This document shows positions 23,836 through 24,897 of a stretch of DNA of 24,897 bases, piece by piece (the stretch's first letter is position 1; each line of letters starts with the position of its first letter). Source of the stretch: a virus (taxonomy: Duplodnaviria > Caudoviricetes). The position numbers and the translations under genes are program-made. The stretch covers positions 1 to 24,897 of IMG/VR virus record IMGVR_UViG_3300020458_000017; one strand, given 5' to 3'. Below the pieces are notes generated by a model, which was given only the letters and a program-made list of their open reading frames with translations, searched no databases and was not told where the DNA came from.

Positions 23836-24897
23836 TCGCTGTTTTGATATTAACCTGTCTCGCGCAAGTGGCTGGACTGAGGGGGAATCCTGGGCGGATT
23901 GTAACCCCGCGCAGTTATTGCGCTCGATTTATGCGCGTGAGTACACGACCGATGAAGATGCCGGGTTTCGTCTTGAAAACGGCGATAACTTTTACATTGG
24001 CAGTCTGCCTGATGCGGTACAAGATTGGCGGTTAAAGCGCCCCGCGTGGCTACTCGATATTGATGCTGTGTATGGTGGCGAGGTCAGTTTTTATTTTGGC
24101 GTGGCCGTTGGCTCCCGTGATATTGATGTGACGCTCGATAAACCCGCGCCCTATGTTATAGGGGATGGCACGCAAACGCTGATTGAACTCGATGCGGCTT
24201 ATCACCGGTTTTACGGTTTGCGTATTCGTGACTTTGACGCGGCCATTCGCCTATTGTCTGATAATGACGGAATTACCATAGATGGTGCCGTTACTATCAA
24301 TACCACGTTGCTGGATGCAAACGGCTTTACGCTGACCAATGCAACATTGCGCAACTGGCATGTGCTGGAGAGTGTAACGCCAGTCCTTGCGCTGAACGAC
24401 AATGCCAGCGGCGTATCCTTGCAGCGGTTTAATGCGCGGGGGCGCGGCAATATCGGCGTCAGTGTGGGTAGTGGTCACTCTGACATTGAAATCATCAGCG
24501 GAAAAATCGTCAATGACGACCACGGCTTTTCTGAAAGTGACACGCTGTATACCGCTCTATTCATGGCAGCGGGGAGCACTGCGATTGTGCGTTATCAGGA
24601 ATACCACGGTTTTTCCGGGCCTGCCTATGTATTTCATTGTCCGGTCAAGGCTCGCGCCCTGCATAGCTACTTTTGCGGAGCGGGTATTTATGTGGGCGGT
24701 GCGGGCAGTGTGTTTTATGATTGCTTTCAAGCATGGACGCGCCAGTTAGCCGGTGACAGCTACGCTTATTATTGTGCGGCGGATTGTGAGTTTATCAATT
24801 GCGGCACAAATCTGGATGAAACGGGCGGTCTTGGCGTCTTTGTGGCGACAGAGGGTGTCACCGTCACGATTACGGGCGGCGACTACCGCGCCCGCCT
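23828..24897 (+). CDS. Beta-rich protein, probable right-handed beta-helix (tailspike/depolymerase-like), 3'-truncated
   Basis: Translated by hand: the ATG at 23828 overlaps the previous gene end and the frame is open to the window end (MTNRCFDINLSRASGW...GLRIRDFDAAIRL...NDGITIDG...FYDC...FINCG...VTITGG). Absent from the ORF track. Confidence 0.8.
   Translation, partial: MTNRCFDINLSRASGWTEGESWADCNPAQLLRSIYAREYTTDEDAGFRLENGDNFYIGSLPDAVQDWRLKRPAWLLDIDAVYGGEVSFYFGVAVGSRDIDVTLDKPAPYVIGDGTQTLIELDAAYHRFYGLRIRDFDAAIRLLSDNDGITIDGAVTINTTLLDANGFTLTNATLRNWHVLESVTPVLALNDNASGVSLQRFNARGRGNIGVSVGSGHSDIEIISGKIVNDDHGFSESDTLYTALFMAAGSTAIVRYQEYHGFSGPAYVFHCPVKARALHSYFCGAGIYVGGAGSVFYDCFQAWTRQLAGDSYAYYCAADCEFINCGTNLDETGGLGVFVATEGVTVTITGGDYRAR

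Larger units (their letters stand above)
1..24897. mobile_element. Lambdoid/HK97-like temperate siphophage (prophage) segment, extending beyond both window edges
   Basis: Canonical order: repressor/cro, replication, Q, lysis, HNH, terminase, portal, protease, capsid, neck, tail, tape measure, tip, fibres. No integrase or att site in the window. Confidence 0.97.

Noticed and set aside
7390-24749. Many alternative-frame and antisense ORFs within structural genes (e.g. 8263-8730, 16593-16952, 23000-23542, 24402-24749)
   Set aside because: They are nested in well-supported genes, lack RBS or motifs, and look like shadow ORFs.
22495-24897. Diversity-generating retroelement or invertible tail-fibre switch
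   Set aside because: No reverse transcriptase, invertase, TR/VR pair or inverted crossover sites seen in the window; they could lie downstream.

Overview
The whole window is an internal segment of a temperate lambdoid/HK97-like long-tailed prophage, probably from a gammaproteobacterium (inference). No integrase or att site is present, and ORFs run off both edges. Gene order: 5'-truncated DEDDh exonuclease-BRCT; cI/cro switch with four regularly spaced operators; an early-operon accessory region; PriCT-2/TOPRIM primase and VapE-type helicase; a dyad-symmetric iteron origin; a Q-like antiterminator with late promoter and two terminators; lysis genes (M15 endolysin, small amphipathic peptide, HP1-type holin); HNH, cos, TerS and TerL; portal, ClpP-type protease and HK97 capsid; neck and tail genes with a -1 frameshift chaperone; tape measure; tail tip; and two receptor-binding-type genes. 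The last of these (23828 to the end) is missing from the ORF track. The most unusual structure is a 99-bp element present twice, 530 bp apart (2224-2322, 2754-2852), with a divergent analogue at 1803-1907. Each copy combines a long hairpin, a leftward extended -10 promoter and RBS driving an antisense cargo gene, and a rightward RBS+ATG. This looks like a modular cassette for inserting antisense genes into the lytic operon. Also notable: the TOPRIM C-terminal DWNDL motif sits at the N-terminus of the separate helicase gene, and the lysis cassette has no spanin. Family assignments come from motif recognition, not database searches.
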